A DNA stretch of 64,000 nt from a candidate division WWE3 bacterium RIFOXYC1_FULL_40_10 (GTDB taxonomy: Bacteria; Patescibacteriota; WWE3; UBA101185; UBA10185): contig MEWB01000001.1 of assembly GCA_001773215.1 (NCBI GenBank), positions 322,473-386,472 of the forward strand, written 5' to 3'. The translations under genes and the position numbers were made by a program. The notes beneath the pieces are model-generated. The model was not told where the DNA came from and did no database searches. It worked only from the letters and a program-made list of their open reading frames with translations. Position 1 is the first letter of the stretch. The number at the start of each line of letters is the position of its first letter. Shown in pieces: positions 27,109-36,478 of the stretch.

Positions 27109-27537
27109 ATGTTTACAAATATTTCAGAGAAAATTGAAAAAAGATTAGCGTATCTTGAGAACCTAGATGATGAAATTAGATCTGGTAAGTCTTCCGAAAG
27201 AGGTTTATGGCAGATATCAAGGGATTCGGGTAAATTCCTCAGTTTACTTGTTTCGCTTGCACCTAAAGGTAATTATATAGAAATAGGGACAAGTGGAGGT
27301 TATTCCGGTCTTTGGATTAGCCTTGCTTGTATGCAAAAAAATAGTAAGTTTACTACACTCGAAACCAATCAGGTAAGTTACGAGAGGGCTGTGGAAACTT
27401 TTCAAACCGCAGGTGTTATGGATTTTGTTAATCCAATAAATGGAGATGCAAAAGACTTCATTGAGAACATAGAAGAAATAGCATTTTGTTATCTAGATGG
27501 TGGCGACGATTCCGACGATAGCGAAAGCGAACAGTAA
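27109..27537 (+). pseudogene. C-terminally truncated class I O-methyltransferase (YrrM-like)
   Basis: EIGTSGGYS, GDA, FCYLDG, then unrelated acidic tail and stop. Confidence 0.65.
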
Positions 27538-27611
27538 TATTTTCGCTTTTGAGTCAATTTGACTGGAAAATCTATAAAGATTATATGTTTTCCAGTCTTC
27601 TCCTTTGTTTT

Positions 27612-28910
27612 ATGAAAAATACTATTAAACTTTTGGATTTTCAAATAACATTACAACGCAAAAAATCACCGAAAGGTACTAAATTTGTACACTTTAAAAA
27701 ACCAAGCGCACCTATTGCCATAAAAATATGTTCTAGAAGTGGTTCTCGCTTTGATACGGCATCCAAATCTGGTTTGGCTCATTTTGTGGAACATATACTT
27801 CTGGATGGTACTGAAAAATACAAGAATAAAAAAGAACTTTCTCTTATTTTTGACGACTTGGGTGCTTCGTATTCTGCAAGCACAGGGCCTGAACATACGA
27901 GATTTGATTTTCTTATCGCAAAAAGGGGTCATCTTAGTTCTGTTGCGGATGTAGTAGATCAAATATTTAATAAGCCTTTAATTTCTGAAAAGAGTATTGA
28001 GTTAGAAAAAAAGATTATTAAGATAGAAATATCCTCCAAACTAGATAACAGCAAAAGAGTTCTATCTAATAATATGGAAAAACTCATCTACGGTGACAGT
28101 TCCCTTGCTTATAATATATCAGGTACGGAAGAAGCCTTAGAAACAATTTGTAGGGAGGATATTACCACACGCTTGAAAGATATTTTTTTCCAAGATGTTA
28201 CCGTTATTTCATGCGGAAGTTGCGATATTGAGGATATAAATACTTTATTTGAGCCCATACTTAACAATAAAGAGCAGAGCCTTTTTTTAGACACCCCGCA
28301 GGTATCAGAAGGTATTAAACACGGTTCATTTAAAATAGCTGATCAGAAACTGATCTATTGTATGTACGCTTTTCCAACTTGCGGAATTGCTTCAGAGGAT
28401 GGTGTAGCGTTAAATGTATTATCTACATACTTAGGTAAGGGAAGATCTTCGTTGCTAAGCGAGGTTCTAAGATACGACGAAGGGTTACTGTATTCTGTTA
28501 CATCTGGTCATAACAGATTTTCTGATACAGGATACTTTTATATTGAGATGGGTGTAAAAAAAGAAAACCTGACTGTAGTTTTTAATAAAGTCAAAGAAGT
28601 TCTAGAAACACTTCGGATAAATGGGATTAATCAAGAAGCCCTTGGCATTATTAAAAACAAGATAGTAAATGCCGGAATAATTTCTACACAAACAGTCCAA
28701 TTTTGGGTTGACACGCAATTTTATAGGGAATTGTTGGTAAGAGATAATGCGTATACTTATGTAGATTATCTAAATGATATCGATGTCATTTCTAAGAATG
28801 AGGTGGATAGCGTTGTAAACAAATATATCTCCTTTGACAACATGTTCTTTTATGCAGTTGGTAATGTTGAAGATAGCGAGATTGATGAATTATTTAACGC
28901 AAAAAACTAG
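27612..28910 (+). CDS. M16 family zinc peptidase
   Basis: GLAHFVEH, SLLSEVLRYDEGLLYSV; start set at MKNTIK. Confidence 0.9.
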   Translation: MKNTIKLLDFQITLQRKKSPKGTKFVHFKKPSAPIAIKICSRSGSRFDTASKSGLAHFVEHILLDGTEKYKNKKELSLIFDDLGASYSASTGPEHTRFDFLIAKRGHLSSVADVVDQIFNKPLISEKSIELEKKIIKIEISSKLDNSKRVLSNNMEKLIYGDSSLAYNISGTEEALETICREDITTRLKDIFFQDVTVISCGSCDIEDINTLFEPILNNKEQSLFLDTPQVSEGIKHGSFKIADQKLIYCMYAFPTCGIASEDGVALNVLSTYLGKGRSSLLSEVLRYDEGLLYSVTSGHNRFSDTGYFYIEMGVKKENLTVVFNKVKEVLETLRINGINQEALGIIKNKIVNAGIISTQTVQFWVDTQFYRELLVRDNAYTYVDYLNDIDVISKNEVDSVVNKYISFDNMFFYAVGNVEDSEIDELFNAKN

Positions 28911-28986
28911 TTAAAATATATTCCCATAAATTTTATTAAACAGGATCAAACTTATAGTTTATGTTGTTATAACAATGGCAATATAC

Positions 28987-29060
28987 TGGCTGGGGAGCAG
29001 GGATTCGAACCCCAATAGGCGGGACCAAAACCCGCAGTCCTACCATTAGACGACTCCCCA
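28987..29060 (-). tRNA. tRNA-Gln(TTG)
   Basis: Cloverleaf, GCGGG-TTTTGGT-CCCGC anticodon arm, encoded CCA. Confidence 0.95.
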
Positions 29061-29170
29061 ACGTACACTAAAGCTACTTTGAACACTTAATTCTAAAAAA
29101 ACTACTCAGTTTGTTGTCTAATGGCAGCGTAGCGCCCACTTAGACGACTCCCCAACGTACACTAAAGCTA
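29046..29170. repeat. 31-bp direct repeat of tRNA-Gln 5' end plus leader
   Basis: TTAGACGACTCCCCAACGTACACTAAAGCTA at 29046-29076 and 29140-29170. Confidence 0.9.
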
Positions 29171-29220
29171 TACAACATCACTGGCCTGCCAGCCGAAACC
29201 GAGCGATGCGAGGTGTAGGC

Positions 29221-29297
29221 TGGTGGGCGGTAATGGACTCGAACCAATGACCCCCGCGATGTAAACGCGGTGCTCTAACCAACTGAGCTAACCGCCC
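29221..29297 (-). tRNA. tRNA-Val(TAC)
   Basis: CCGCG-TTTACAT-CGCGG anticodon arm, GGTTCGAGTCC, CCA. Confidence 0.95.
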
Positions 29298-29319
29298 ACG
29301 ATACCAAAAACCTTTACTT

Positions 29320-29371
29320 AGCTAACCTGCCAGCCCTCCTCCGGCGCGTAAACCGGCGGGCAGGCCGCCCA
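29320..29371. repeat. tRNA-Val 5'-end copy interrupted by a 39-bp palindromic insert
   Basis: AGCTAA[CCTGCC...GGCAGG]CCGCCCA versus AGCTAACCGCCCA at 29286-29298. Confidence 0.65.
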
Positions 29372-29415
29372 AATAGCTACCCTATTTTATCATACTAAAA
29401 GTGAGAAATGGAAAA

Positions 29416-29970
29416 TTACTCCGGATCAGAAACAGTGCGAGTTACAAAACCGTTGCGAGCCATCTCAGAAATATAATTCATAACAGTTTCAGGCTCGTCA
29501 ATATTTCTAATATTTAACTCCCCTCCCCCCATAAATTTAACGCTAACCGTTCCAAAGCCAAGCATTTTTGCCATAAAAGTTTGTTCGAGAGTCATTCCAA
29601 CCATCCCTTTTAAATTACTCGCTCGGTGTCTTTTACTCCACACACCATCCACTATTACAATTTGGTCGGGAGTAATAATGTACGACTTTCCACGCCACCT
29701 CATTTTGCATGTTGTAGCCGAAACAAATAACAGGCCGGTAAACAGTAGCAATAAAAGAAAAATTAAAATCACAGATAGATATAAGGGAAACAATTTTGGG
29801 ATAAAAAAAGCAAAAAACACTATAAAAATTGCAAGCAAAAGCGTAATTGGAAAACAAAGGTTTACTAATTCTAATGAAAGTGATTTGGGCGACTGCTTTA
29901 TATGAATTTCTTGTACTTTATTGGTTTCCACCGATACTTCGATTATAGTTCCTTTGTCAAGACACTGCAA
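29416..29970 (-). CDS. Membrane protein with bacterial PH domain
   Basis: Two TM, YIITPDQIV, EQTFMAKMLGFGTV; real start may be GTG 29931. Confidence 0.82.
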   Translation of the reverse strand: MQCLDKGTIIEVSVETNKVQEIHIKQSPKSLSLELVNLCFPITLLLAIFIVFFAFFIPKLFPLYLSVILIFLLLLLFTGLLFVSATTCKMRWRGKSYIITPDQIVIVDGVWSKRHRASNLKGMVGMTLEQTFMAKMLGFGTVSVKFMGGGELNIRNIDEPETVMNYISEMARNGFVTRTVSDPE

Positions 29971-30653
29971 TGATAATACTCCTTTGTAAAGAGTACTAAG
30001 TGTTCTATACCGCTTATCAAACTGGATTTGTTGCTGTATTGGCTTTCGTATAGAGTAATAGCTTTCAACTTTTTAAAGTATTGTTTCACAGATAGTGGAA
30101 GTATAACGGTTGGAGTGAGGGGTTTTATTAATTTTGGATTTTTTGCCATCGCAAGCCCCGCCTGTGGTATTTTGTAGCTCCTTGGTACTGTGGAATAAAC
30201 TAGGGATGTTTGAGTATATTTGGAAATGCTTGTTAACAATTCGCTCAAATAGACATGGTCCGGATGGCCATAGATTCCACAAGGTTCGTAGGTGACAATA
30301 TGTGTTGCTTTAAACTCTCGCACTTCTTGAGTTAGAAAGTCCCCAAGATTCAGCTCATTTTCAAGGTGCTTGTCCTTATACCCTAGTATTTCGTAACTTG
30401 GGACTCCCAAGAACTGCATAACCGAATCAAATTCCTTTTCTCGCACATCGGACAAAACACCTTTATATCTTCCAAAATAGAGAGTTGACGCTTCCCCTTT
30501 TGTTAGCACCATTACCTTAAATTTAACTCCGGCTTCAGATAACTCCTGTATCAACCCGGCATTAGCGAAAGTTTCATCGTCGGGATGGGGATAAATTAAT
30601 AGTACAGAAGATGCTTTAGTTATACCTAATTTCTGAAGGTCCTTAGTTTGCAC
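29943..30653 (-). CDS. PIG-L/LmbE family deacetylase
   Basis: PHPDDE, LTKGE, YGHPDH, YESQ. Confidence 0.92.
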   Translation of the reverse strand: MQTKDLQKLGITKASSVLLIYPHPDDETFANAGLIQELSEAGVKFKVMVLTKGEASTLYFGRYKGVLSDVREKEFDSVMQFLGVPSYEILGYKDKHLENELNLGDFLTQEVREFKATHIVTYEPCGIYGHPDHVYLSELLTSISKYTQTSLVYSTVPRSYKIPQAGLAMAKNPKLIKPLTPTVILPLSVKQYFKKLKAITLYESQYSNKSSLISGIEHLVLFTKEYYHCSVLTKEL

Positions 30654-30659
30654 AAAGCT

Positions 30660-30923
30660 TTATTCCAAATCCGATATATCTTCTTTTGGTGTTGAGTCTA
30701 TATTCTCTACTAATTGGTCGAGTTCCTCGATAGCCGAATTATCAGCCTCTTTTGGAGTCTTGCTATCATCGTTCAATTTTGTGAATTCCTCTTCCTGATC
30801 AGGGTTAACTTGTATAAACCCGGGTTTATCACGATTAACCGAAAAATAATATGATAAAGCCAGTACTGCAAGGCCGATTGCTATTAAAATTATCAGGGGT
30901 AAATTTCCTTTTTGCTTAATCAT
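30660..30923 (-). CDS. Small single-TM protein
   Basis: KQKG plus hydrophobic helix, acidic tail; start set at MIKQKG. Confidence 0.65.
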   Translation of the reverse strand: MIKQKGNLPLIILIAIGLAVLALSYYFSVNRDKPGFIQVNPDQEEEFTKLNDDSKTPKEADNSAIEELDQLVENIDSTPKEDISDLE

Positions 30924-31437
30924 TATCTTCCTCCACATCTTGGTTTCTTAAATCAATTAAACTCTGTCTTAATGTGTGTGCATAGTAACTTCGAATTTCT
31001 TGGCGCTTCTCTATTGTTTTCTTTAGCTGTTCTCGTGCTTCCTTAAGTACGCCTTTGAATTGAGCTTCTGGTCCGTCACAAGTTAATTCTTCCGTATAGT
31101 TTAGAGACTTAATAAACTCCCCATAGGAATTATTGTATTCTTCTACCATCTTGTCGAATTCCTCTACATTGGCTCTAACTTCTGCTACATCGTATCCCTT
31201 ATCATCTAACTTATCTGCTATTTCTGTAATTTTTGATGAGATTTTTTTATAGTTAGTAGTGTGAACCTGTATATTATCCTCATATTTTCTCAGCCTCTCT
31301 GTAACTCGCTCTTGTACTTTTATACAGAGTTTTTCTAAAAGTTCCTCTTTCTTTTGATTACCTTGTGCGAAAACTACTCCAGCTGAAATTAACGAAAAAA
31401 GCATCGAAAACATTACTATTTTGGGATTTATTCTCAT
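30916..31437 (-). CDS. Secreted coiled-coil hypothetical protein
   Basis: Signal peptide VFA-Q, helical, two Cys. Confidence 0.75.
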   Translation of the reverse strand: MRINPKIVMFSMLFSLISAGVVFAQGNQKKEELLEKLCIKVQERVTERLRKYEDNIQVHTTNYKKISSKITEIADKLDDKGYDVAEVRANVEEFDKMVEEYNNSYGEFIKSLNYTEELTCDGPEAQFKGVLKEAREQLKKTIEKRQEIRSYYAHTLRQSLIDLRNQDVEEDND

Positions 31438-31506
31438 GGAACTATTTTACACCAGCTATTGTATTCTGTAAAAAAATAACTAATAATTAATTGTTAAATA
31501 ATCACA

Positions 31507-32523
31507 ATGGAATCTACTAACGGTCAAAGTATTATAGAATTTAAACTGCCCTCGAGAGTGGGTATAATTTACAGCGACGCCAAACCGGAATACTTCCCTA
31601 CTGAACAGCAATACTTAACCGAAAAAGATTCATTTACTAACGCACAAGTAATCGCTGATGAGTTGAAGATTTTAAATATCGACTCGATTTTATACCCCGG
31701 AAACGAGTCACTTACCGAGTCATTGAGACGCGATAAACCGGAAATGATATTTAACTTGGTTGATTCAGTTAGAGGAAATGAATATTTGTCTTCGACCATT
31801 CCCGGTATTCTCGAGATGCTTGATATACCTTATGCAGGCGCGGGAATAATCGGATTTGCCCTTTGCTACAACAAGTTTTTGACCAAACAGCTTCTAAAAG
31901 CCGCCGGAATTCCTGTGCCAAATTGCCAGCTATTTGTGACTCCAAACGATCAGATAGATCTGGGGTTACGATTTCCTATAATTTCCAAACTAAACGAAAT
32001 ACACGGTGCTGTAGAAATTACTAAGTCTGCTGTATCTGAAAATGAAAAGGAGCTAAGGGAAAGATTGAAATACCTAATAGATACATATAAGCAACCTGTT
32101 GTTGCTGAAGAATTTATCGTTGGCAGAGAAATCGCAATAATTGTTATTGAGGGGCAAAATCGCAAGGTATACATGGGAGAAAAGGTCTTTAATAAACCCG
32201 ATGACAAGTATGTTTTTGCTACTTTTGAGGATCAGTGGTACGAGTCAATTTCAGAGCCCTTTACCTACGCCAGATTCGACGATGAGAAACTTAGAAATTA
32301 TGCCAGGAGAGCCTTTGATTTAACCAAAATGGCAGATTACGGCAAGTTTGATGTTCGTATGGACGCATCGGGGAGATACTACTTTATAGATGTAAATGCT
32401 AATCCCGCTTTTGGCCCAAAAAGACTTCAAACGAGCATGGGATATATCGTACAGGATCTATATGGAGTTACTTTCTCGGATATCTTAAAAAGGCTGATGA
32501 TTAATACTCTTTACGGTAATTAG
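31507..32523 (+). CDS. D-alanine--D-alanine ligase-like ATP-grasp protein
   Basis: IFNL, LDIPYAG, EEFIVGRE, YGKFDVR, IDVNANP. Confidence 0.85.
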   Translation: MESTNGQSIIEFKLPSRVGIIYSDAKPEYFPTEQQYLTEKDSFTNAQVIADELKILNIDSILYPGNESLTESLRRDKPEMIFNLVDSVRGNEYLSSTIPGILEMLDIPYAGAGIIGFALCYNKFLTKQLLKAAGIPVPNCQLFVTPNDQIDLGLRFPIISKLNEIHGAVEITKSAVSENEKELRERLKYLIDTYKQPVVAEEFIVGREIAIIVIEGQNRKVYMGEKVFNKPDDKYVFATFEDQWYESISEPFTYARFDDEKLRNYARRAFDLTKMADYGKFDVRMDASGRYYFIDVNANPAFGPKRLQTSMGYIVQDLYGVTFSDILKRLMINTLYGN

Positions 32524-33053
32524 ATTACCAGTAAACTAAACACCGCAAAATAAATCATTATACTTAAAGAATCCTGAACTACAGTCGCAATAGGACCACT
32601 CGCCTCGGCGGGATCCTCGTGAAGTTTCCAAAAAAAGTATGGGATTATCGACCCCGATATAAGTGCCGTGAAAGATGATATAAATATCGAAATCCCAAGT
32701 CCCATGGAAACTTTATGCTGTTGGTATAACACGTATGAAGTGCCATAGGCTAATAAGGATAGAACCAGGCCTATTACAGATACTATTTGTGTCTGGCGGA
32801 TTAAAAATGGGAGAAGTCTGAATTTCTTTTGTTTTGCAAAGTCTCTAATGATAATGCTTTCCATTTGGGTTCCGATTGCGTCTGCAAGATACACAATCAT
32901 TGGTACAAAGGTTATCATGATGATGTTTTTCTCAAGTGTTTCTTCAAATACACTAATAAACTTGGAAAGTAGTACGCTGGTAACCAATCCTAGAATAAGC
33001 CACGAGAGTCGTTTTTTAATTACCGCGAATATGCTTTGAGTTTCAGTTTCCAT
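32520..33053 (-). CDS. MgtE-family Mg transporter, membrane domain only
   Basis: RLSWL, AIGTQ, DPAEASGPIATVVQD. Confidence 0.88.
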   Translation of the reverse strand: METETQSIFAVIKKRLSWLILGLVTSVLLSKFISVFEETLEKNIIMITFVPMIVYLADAIGTQMESIIIRDFAKQKKFRLLPFLIRQTQIVSVIGLVLSLLAYGTSYVLYQQHKVSMGLGISIFISSFTALISGSIIPYFFWKLHEDPAEASGPIATVVQDSLSIMIYFAVFSLLVI

Positions 33054-33075
33054 ATTACAGAAATGATACCATTTA

Positions 33076-33363
33076 TTACTTCTTATCAAACCTCAAAACT
33101 CGTACAAAGACATATATTACAAAGGCGATAATTAGAAAGTCGATTAAAGTAGCCGCAAAGTGACCCCAGGTTATTTCAACAGGTCCTAGTTTTAGTACTG
33201 CTTGGTTCAAGGTTCCTGTAAAACCGAAAAATATGCCTAAAATCGGGTTGACGATATCAGTAACCAAAGCGCTAACTACCTTACCTACCGATGTTGCCAA
33301 TAAAAAGCCTATTGTTAACCCTAAAATATTTTGGTCCTTAATAAACTTTAGAAAGTTTTTCAT
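33076..33363 (-). CDS. mscL: Large-conductance mechanosensitive channel
   Basis: FLKFI, VVSALVTDIVNPILG, IDFLIIAFVIY. Confidence 0.9.
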   Translation of the reverse strand: MKNFLKFIKDQNILGLTIGFLLATSVGKVVSALVTDIVNPILGIFFGFTGTLNQAVLKLGPVEITWGHFAATLIDFLIIAFVIYVFVRVLRFDKK

Positions 33364-33368
33364 ATATT

Positions 33369-33444
33369 TGGTGGGGAGGGAGGGAATCGAACCCTCATAG
33401 CCGGTTTTTCAGACCGGTGCCGTGACCGCCTTGGCTACCGCCCC
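33369..33444 (-). tRNA. tRNA-Phe(GAA)
   Basis: CCGGT-CTGAAAA-ACCGG anticodon arm, CCA; one acceptor-stem mismatch. Confidence 0.88.
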
Positions 33445-33548
33445 AAACTAAGACTATGTCATTTTATCAAAGAGTAGTTTATCTTACCATGAGATCAAAA
33501 AATAGCCCGGCTTAGTATTTTACTACTTTGCCGGGACTTAACGGTTTT

Positions 33549-33881
33549 CTAGTGAAACCGGTAAGGGTTATGGGTTATAAGCTCAAGGGGAATCGCCTTA
33601 TCCAACTCTTTACCAGCAAGCTCCTGGGTAGAGTACCAGCCTTCAAGATAATTGCCCAAATCGGTAAGGCCATCATCTACCTTGGAAGTGGTGTCTCCAC
33701 TTGTAACACTTAACTCCCCGGAGTCGCTCAGGGCTACCCTATACCCCTGTAACTCTGTACCTGTAGCATCAAGTAGTGTCCCATTTTCAGAAACCCGGTA
33801 CCTTGACCAGAAACCGGTTGGGTTGCTAACAGTAACCCATACTCGAACCAGAAATAACTCTCCTGCAGCTTTATTGGCCAT
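33549..33881 (-). CDS. Hypothetical protein
   Basis: GAGGAGG SD before ATG 33881; hairpin plus T-tract at 33497-33535. Confidence 0.65.
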   Translation of the reverse strand: MANKAAGELFLVRVWVTVSNPTGFWSRYRVSENGTLLDATGTELQGYRVALSDSGELSVTSGDTTSKVDDGLTDLGNYLEGWYSTQELAGKELDKAIPLELITHNPYRFH

Positions 33882-33935
33882 ACTACCCTCCTCACTCACT
33901 TACTATTAGGAAAATGTCACTGGATTATAGCATTT

Positions 33936-33964
33936 TTGACCGCACAGGTATTAATTGGTATATT
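33936..33964 (+). promoter_or_regulatory. Sigma70-type promoter of ugd
   Basis: TTGACC-17-TATATT with TG extension. Confidence 0.6.
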
Positions 33965-33999
33965 GATCTCCACCAAAAATACTACTAAAGGAGAGTTCT

Positions 34000-35379
34000 A
34001 TGAACATTTGTGTTATTGGCACGGGATATGTGGGGCTAGTAGGCTCCGCTGTTTTTGCAGGGTGGGGAAATCAGGTTGTGGGAGTCGATGTCGACCAAGC
34101 CAAGCTGGATATGATTCAGGCTGGAGTGATGCCAATCTATGAGCCCGGTCTGCCTGAATTGGTTGCTCAAGGTATTAGGAGAGGTAACCTGCGTTTCACT
34201 AATTCCACTGCAGAAGGAATCAAGGATGCCGAGGTTATTTTTATCTGTGTGGGCACTCCACAAGGAGCCGCTGGTAATGCAGATCTATCCTCTGTGTTGC
34301 AGGTCGCGCGACAGATTGGCCAGAGCCTCGACCATTACGCGGTAGTAGTTACCAAGAGCACAGTTCCTGTGGGAACAAATCAACGGGTTAAGGAAATACT
34401 GCAAGAAACAACACAACAGGGTGTTCTATTTGACGTCGCCTCCTGCCCGGAATTTCTGGCCCAAGGCACATCTGTCTATGATATGGATCATCCGTCTCGT
34501 ACTGTGATCGGATCCGATTCACCCGAAGCCATTGAGCTAGTAGCGGAAGTTTTCAAGCATTTGCCAGCGGCAATCATTCGCTGCGGTTTTGCCGAGGCTG
34601 AATTGATAAAGTACGCCTCAAACGCACTACTTGCTACGAAAATTACTTTCGCAGATTCAATGGCCAGCCTTTGTGATCTTGTAGGTGCCGATGTTGTACT
34701 GGTAATGGATGCGGTAGGAAAGGATCCGCGTATCGGGGCGATGTTTTTGAGAGCCGGTCTTGGGTGGGGAGGTTCGTGTTTTCCCAAAGATGTCGAGGCG
34801 CTAGCCTATCTTGCAAGTCAACTTTCCTTGCCACTTCCACAGCTGGATGGCACGAGAAACACTAATCGACGGGTCCATAAGCGTTTCGTACACAAAATTA
34901 GTCTGTACTTCGATGGTAAGCTGGATGGAAAGACGTTCGCAGTTTTGGGACTGGCATTCAAAGCGGGAACCGATGATACACGTGAGTCGCCCGCAAAGAA
35001 AGTAATCATGCGTTTGCGTGGTGCCGGGGCTCGAGTCCGCGCTTATGACCCCAAGGCTACTGAGAAAGCAATCTTAGACCTTGGCACAACGTCTCTTGAG
35101 TACTGTGACAATCCATACGAAACTATGGCTGGGGCAGATGCGCTGGTAATCTTAACCGACTGGCCTGAATTTAAAGGATTGGACCTGTCACGAGTAAATT
35201 CCTTGCTCAAGAATCCCGTAATTTTCGATGGCCGTAACATGCTAGATCCAGAAACGGTTGAAAGGGAAGGCTTTATCTATTTTGCAATGGGCCGACCCAC
35301 AAATGGGCAACGCATTATTAATGGTAAAGATACTACCTACGTTGCGAAACTAACCAATGGAGCAGGATTGAATAAGTAG
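34000..35379 (+). CDS. ugd: UDP-glucose 6-dehydrogenase
   Basis: IGTGYVGL, CVGTP, KSTVPVG, GGSCFPKD, LGLAFKAGTDDTRESP, FDGRN. Confidence 0.93.
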   Translation: MNICVIGTGYVGLVGSAVFAGWGNQVVGVDVDQAKLDMIQAGVMPIYEPGLPELVAQGIRRGNLRFTNSTAEGIKDAEVIFICVGTPQGAAGNADLSSVLQVARQIGQSLDHYAVVVTKSTVPVGTNQRVKEILQETTQQGVLFDVASCPEFLAQGTSVYDMDHPSRTVIGSDSPEAIELVAEVFKHLPAAIIRCGFAEAELIKYASNALLATKITFADSMASLCDLVGADVVLVMDAVGKDPRIGAMFLRAGLGWGGSCFPKDVEALAYLASQLSLPLPQLDGTRNTNRRVHKRFVHKISLYFDGKLDGKTFAVLGLAFKAGTDDTRESPAKKVIMRLRGAGARVRAYDPKATEKAILDLGTTSLEYCDNPYETMAGADALVILTDWPEFKGLDLSRVNSLLKNPVIFDGRNMLDPETVEREGFIYFAMGRPTNGQRIINGKDTTYVAKLTNGAGLNK

Positions 35380-35405
35380 CTTTAGGCAGCTTACAGATAT
35401 GAATA

Positions 35406-35442
35406 AGCCTCATGCATAAAAAACATGAGGCTATTATTTTTT
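35406..35442. terminator. Terminator between convergent genes
   Basis: AGCCTCATG/CATGAGGCT plus T-tract. Confidence 0.7.
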
Positions 35443-35446
35443 CGTC

Positions 35447-36118
35447 TTATCCGGGGAATACTGCAAACCGTTCGTTCAAGGCCTTCCTCAAGTCACCATA
35501 AGTTTTGACTTTATGCGGGAAATACACACGAAGCCCGCATCTACGACATGAAAGAACATCTTGCTCTTTTGATGCTTGACGCCGATCTACCCACCCGTTA
35601 CAAAGGTCATGAACCCCCACGCAACAGGCGAGTTTAGCTTCGTCCGCGGTGTGTGTCACAAAGTATTCATAGCCGGCAAAAAGAGGTCGGGGCGGATATT
35701 CTCTGAGAAAATCTCCTTCCTCGGTAAGCTGAATGGGCATAAGAGGAACGCTTTTTAAGACCTGGGCGGTCACTTCCGCGATAAGTCTATCTCGATTTCT
35801 CAAAAAAGCTGTTGCAAGCCGAAATATATCGTTCAGCCATCCTGTTGCCATGTAATCTTCCCCATCCCTGCTAATTACTTTGTAAGGGAAATATCCGTTG
35901 ATACAGTACGTTTCTCCAGTCTTGCTTCCATCTTGATCTGTATAATGGCCGTAAAGCCGTCCAAGGGTGATAAGCTGAGGGTCAAATCCTGCAGCTTTAA
36001 CAATATCCTCCACAACTTTAAGCTCGGTATCTGACAAGTGCGTCTGATGTTCCCAACCTGTATCTTTATATTTCACTACCAAATCTGCAAAAGCGTTTAC
36101 AACAGAAGTAACTTCCAT
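35447..36118 (-). CDS. Hypothetical protein with C-terminal Cys/His cluster
   Basis: AAAGGAG SD before ATG 36118; TTGACT-17-TATAAA at 36187-36159; HDLC...CRRC. Confidence 0.75.
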   Translation of the reverse strand: MEVTSVVNAFADLVVKYKDTGWEHQTHLSDTELKVVEDIVKAAGFDPQLITLGRLYGHYTDQDGSKTGETYCINGYFPYKVISRDGEDYMATGWLNDIFRLATAFLRNRDRLIAEVTAQVLKSVPLMPIQLTEEGDFLREYPPRPLFAGYEYFVTHTADEAKLACCVGVHDLCNGWVDRRQASKEQDVLSCRRCGLRVYFPHKVKTYGDLRKALNERFAVFPG

Positions 36119-36191
36119 TTCGATCTCCTTTCTTATATTAGTGTTCTGTGTTAAGGGATTTATACAAGTCAGTGGGAAGATAGTCAAATTT

Positions 36192-36266
36192 TGGAGCGGC
36201 GGACGGGGCTCGAACCCGCGACCTCTTCCTTGGCAAGGAAGCGTTCTACCACTGAACTACCACCGC
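36192..36266 (-). tRNA. tRNA-Gly(GCC)
   Basis: CTTCC-TTGCCAA-GGAAG, TCCA end. Confidence 0.95.
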
Positions 36267-36289
36267 AAATTACCAAAATTATACCCTAT

Positions 36290-36364
36290 TGGAGGCCTGG
36301 GCGAGAATCGAACTCGCGTATAAGGGTTTTGCAGACCCTTGCCTTACCACTTGGCAACCAGGCC
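36290..36364 (-). tRNA. tRNA-Cys(GCA)
   Basis: AGGGT-CTGCAAA-ACCCT, TCCA end. Confidence 0.95.
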
Positions 36365-36366
36365 GC

Positions 36367-36452
36367 TGGTGGGCGGGACAGGACTTGAACCTGCACGGGT
36401 TTTACCCCACAACGACCTCAACGTTGCGCGTATACCATTCCGCCACCCGCCC
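36367..36452 (-). tRNA. tRNA-Leu(GAG)
   Basis: CAACG-TTGAGGT-CGTTG, long variable arm, CCA. Confidence 0.95.
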
Positions 36453-36478
36453 GAAACATAAGGTATTATACTATAGTT

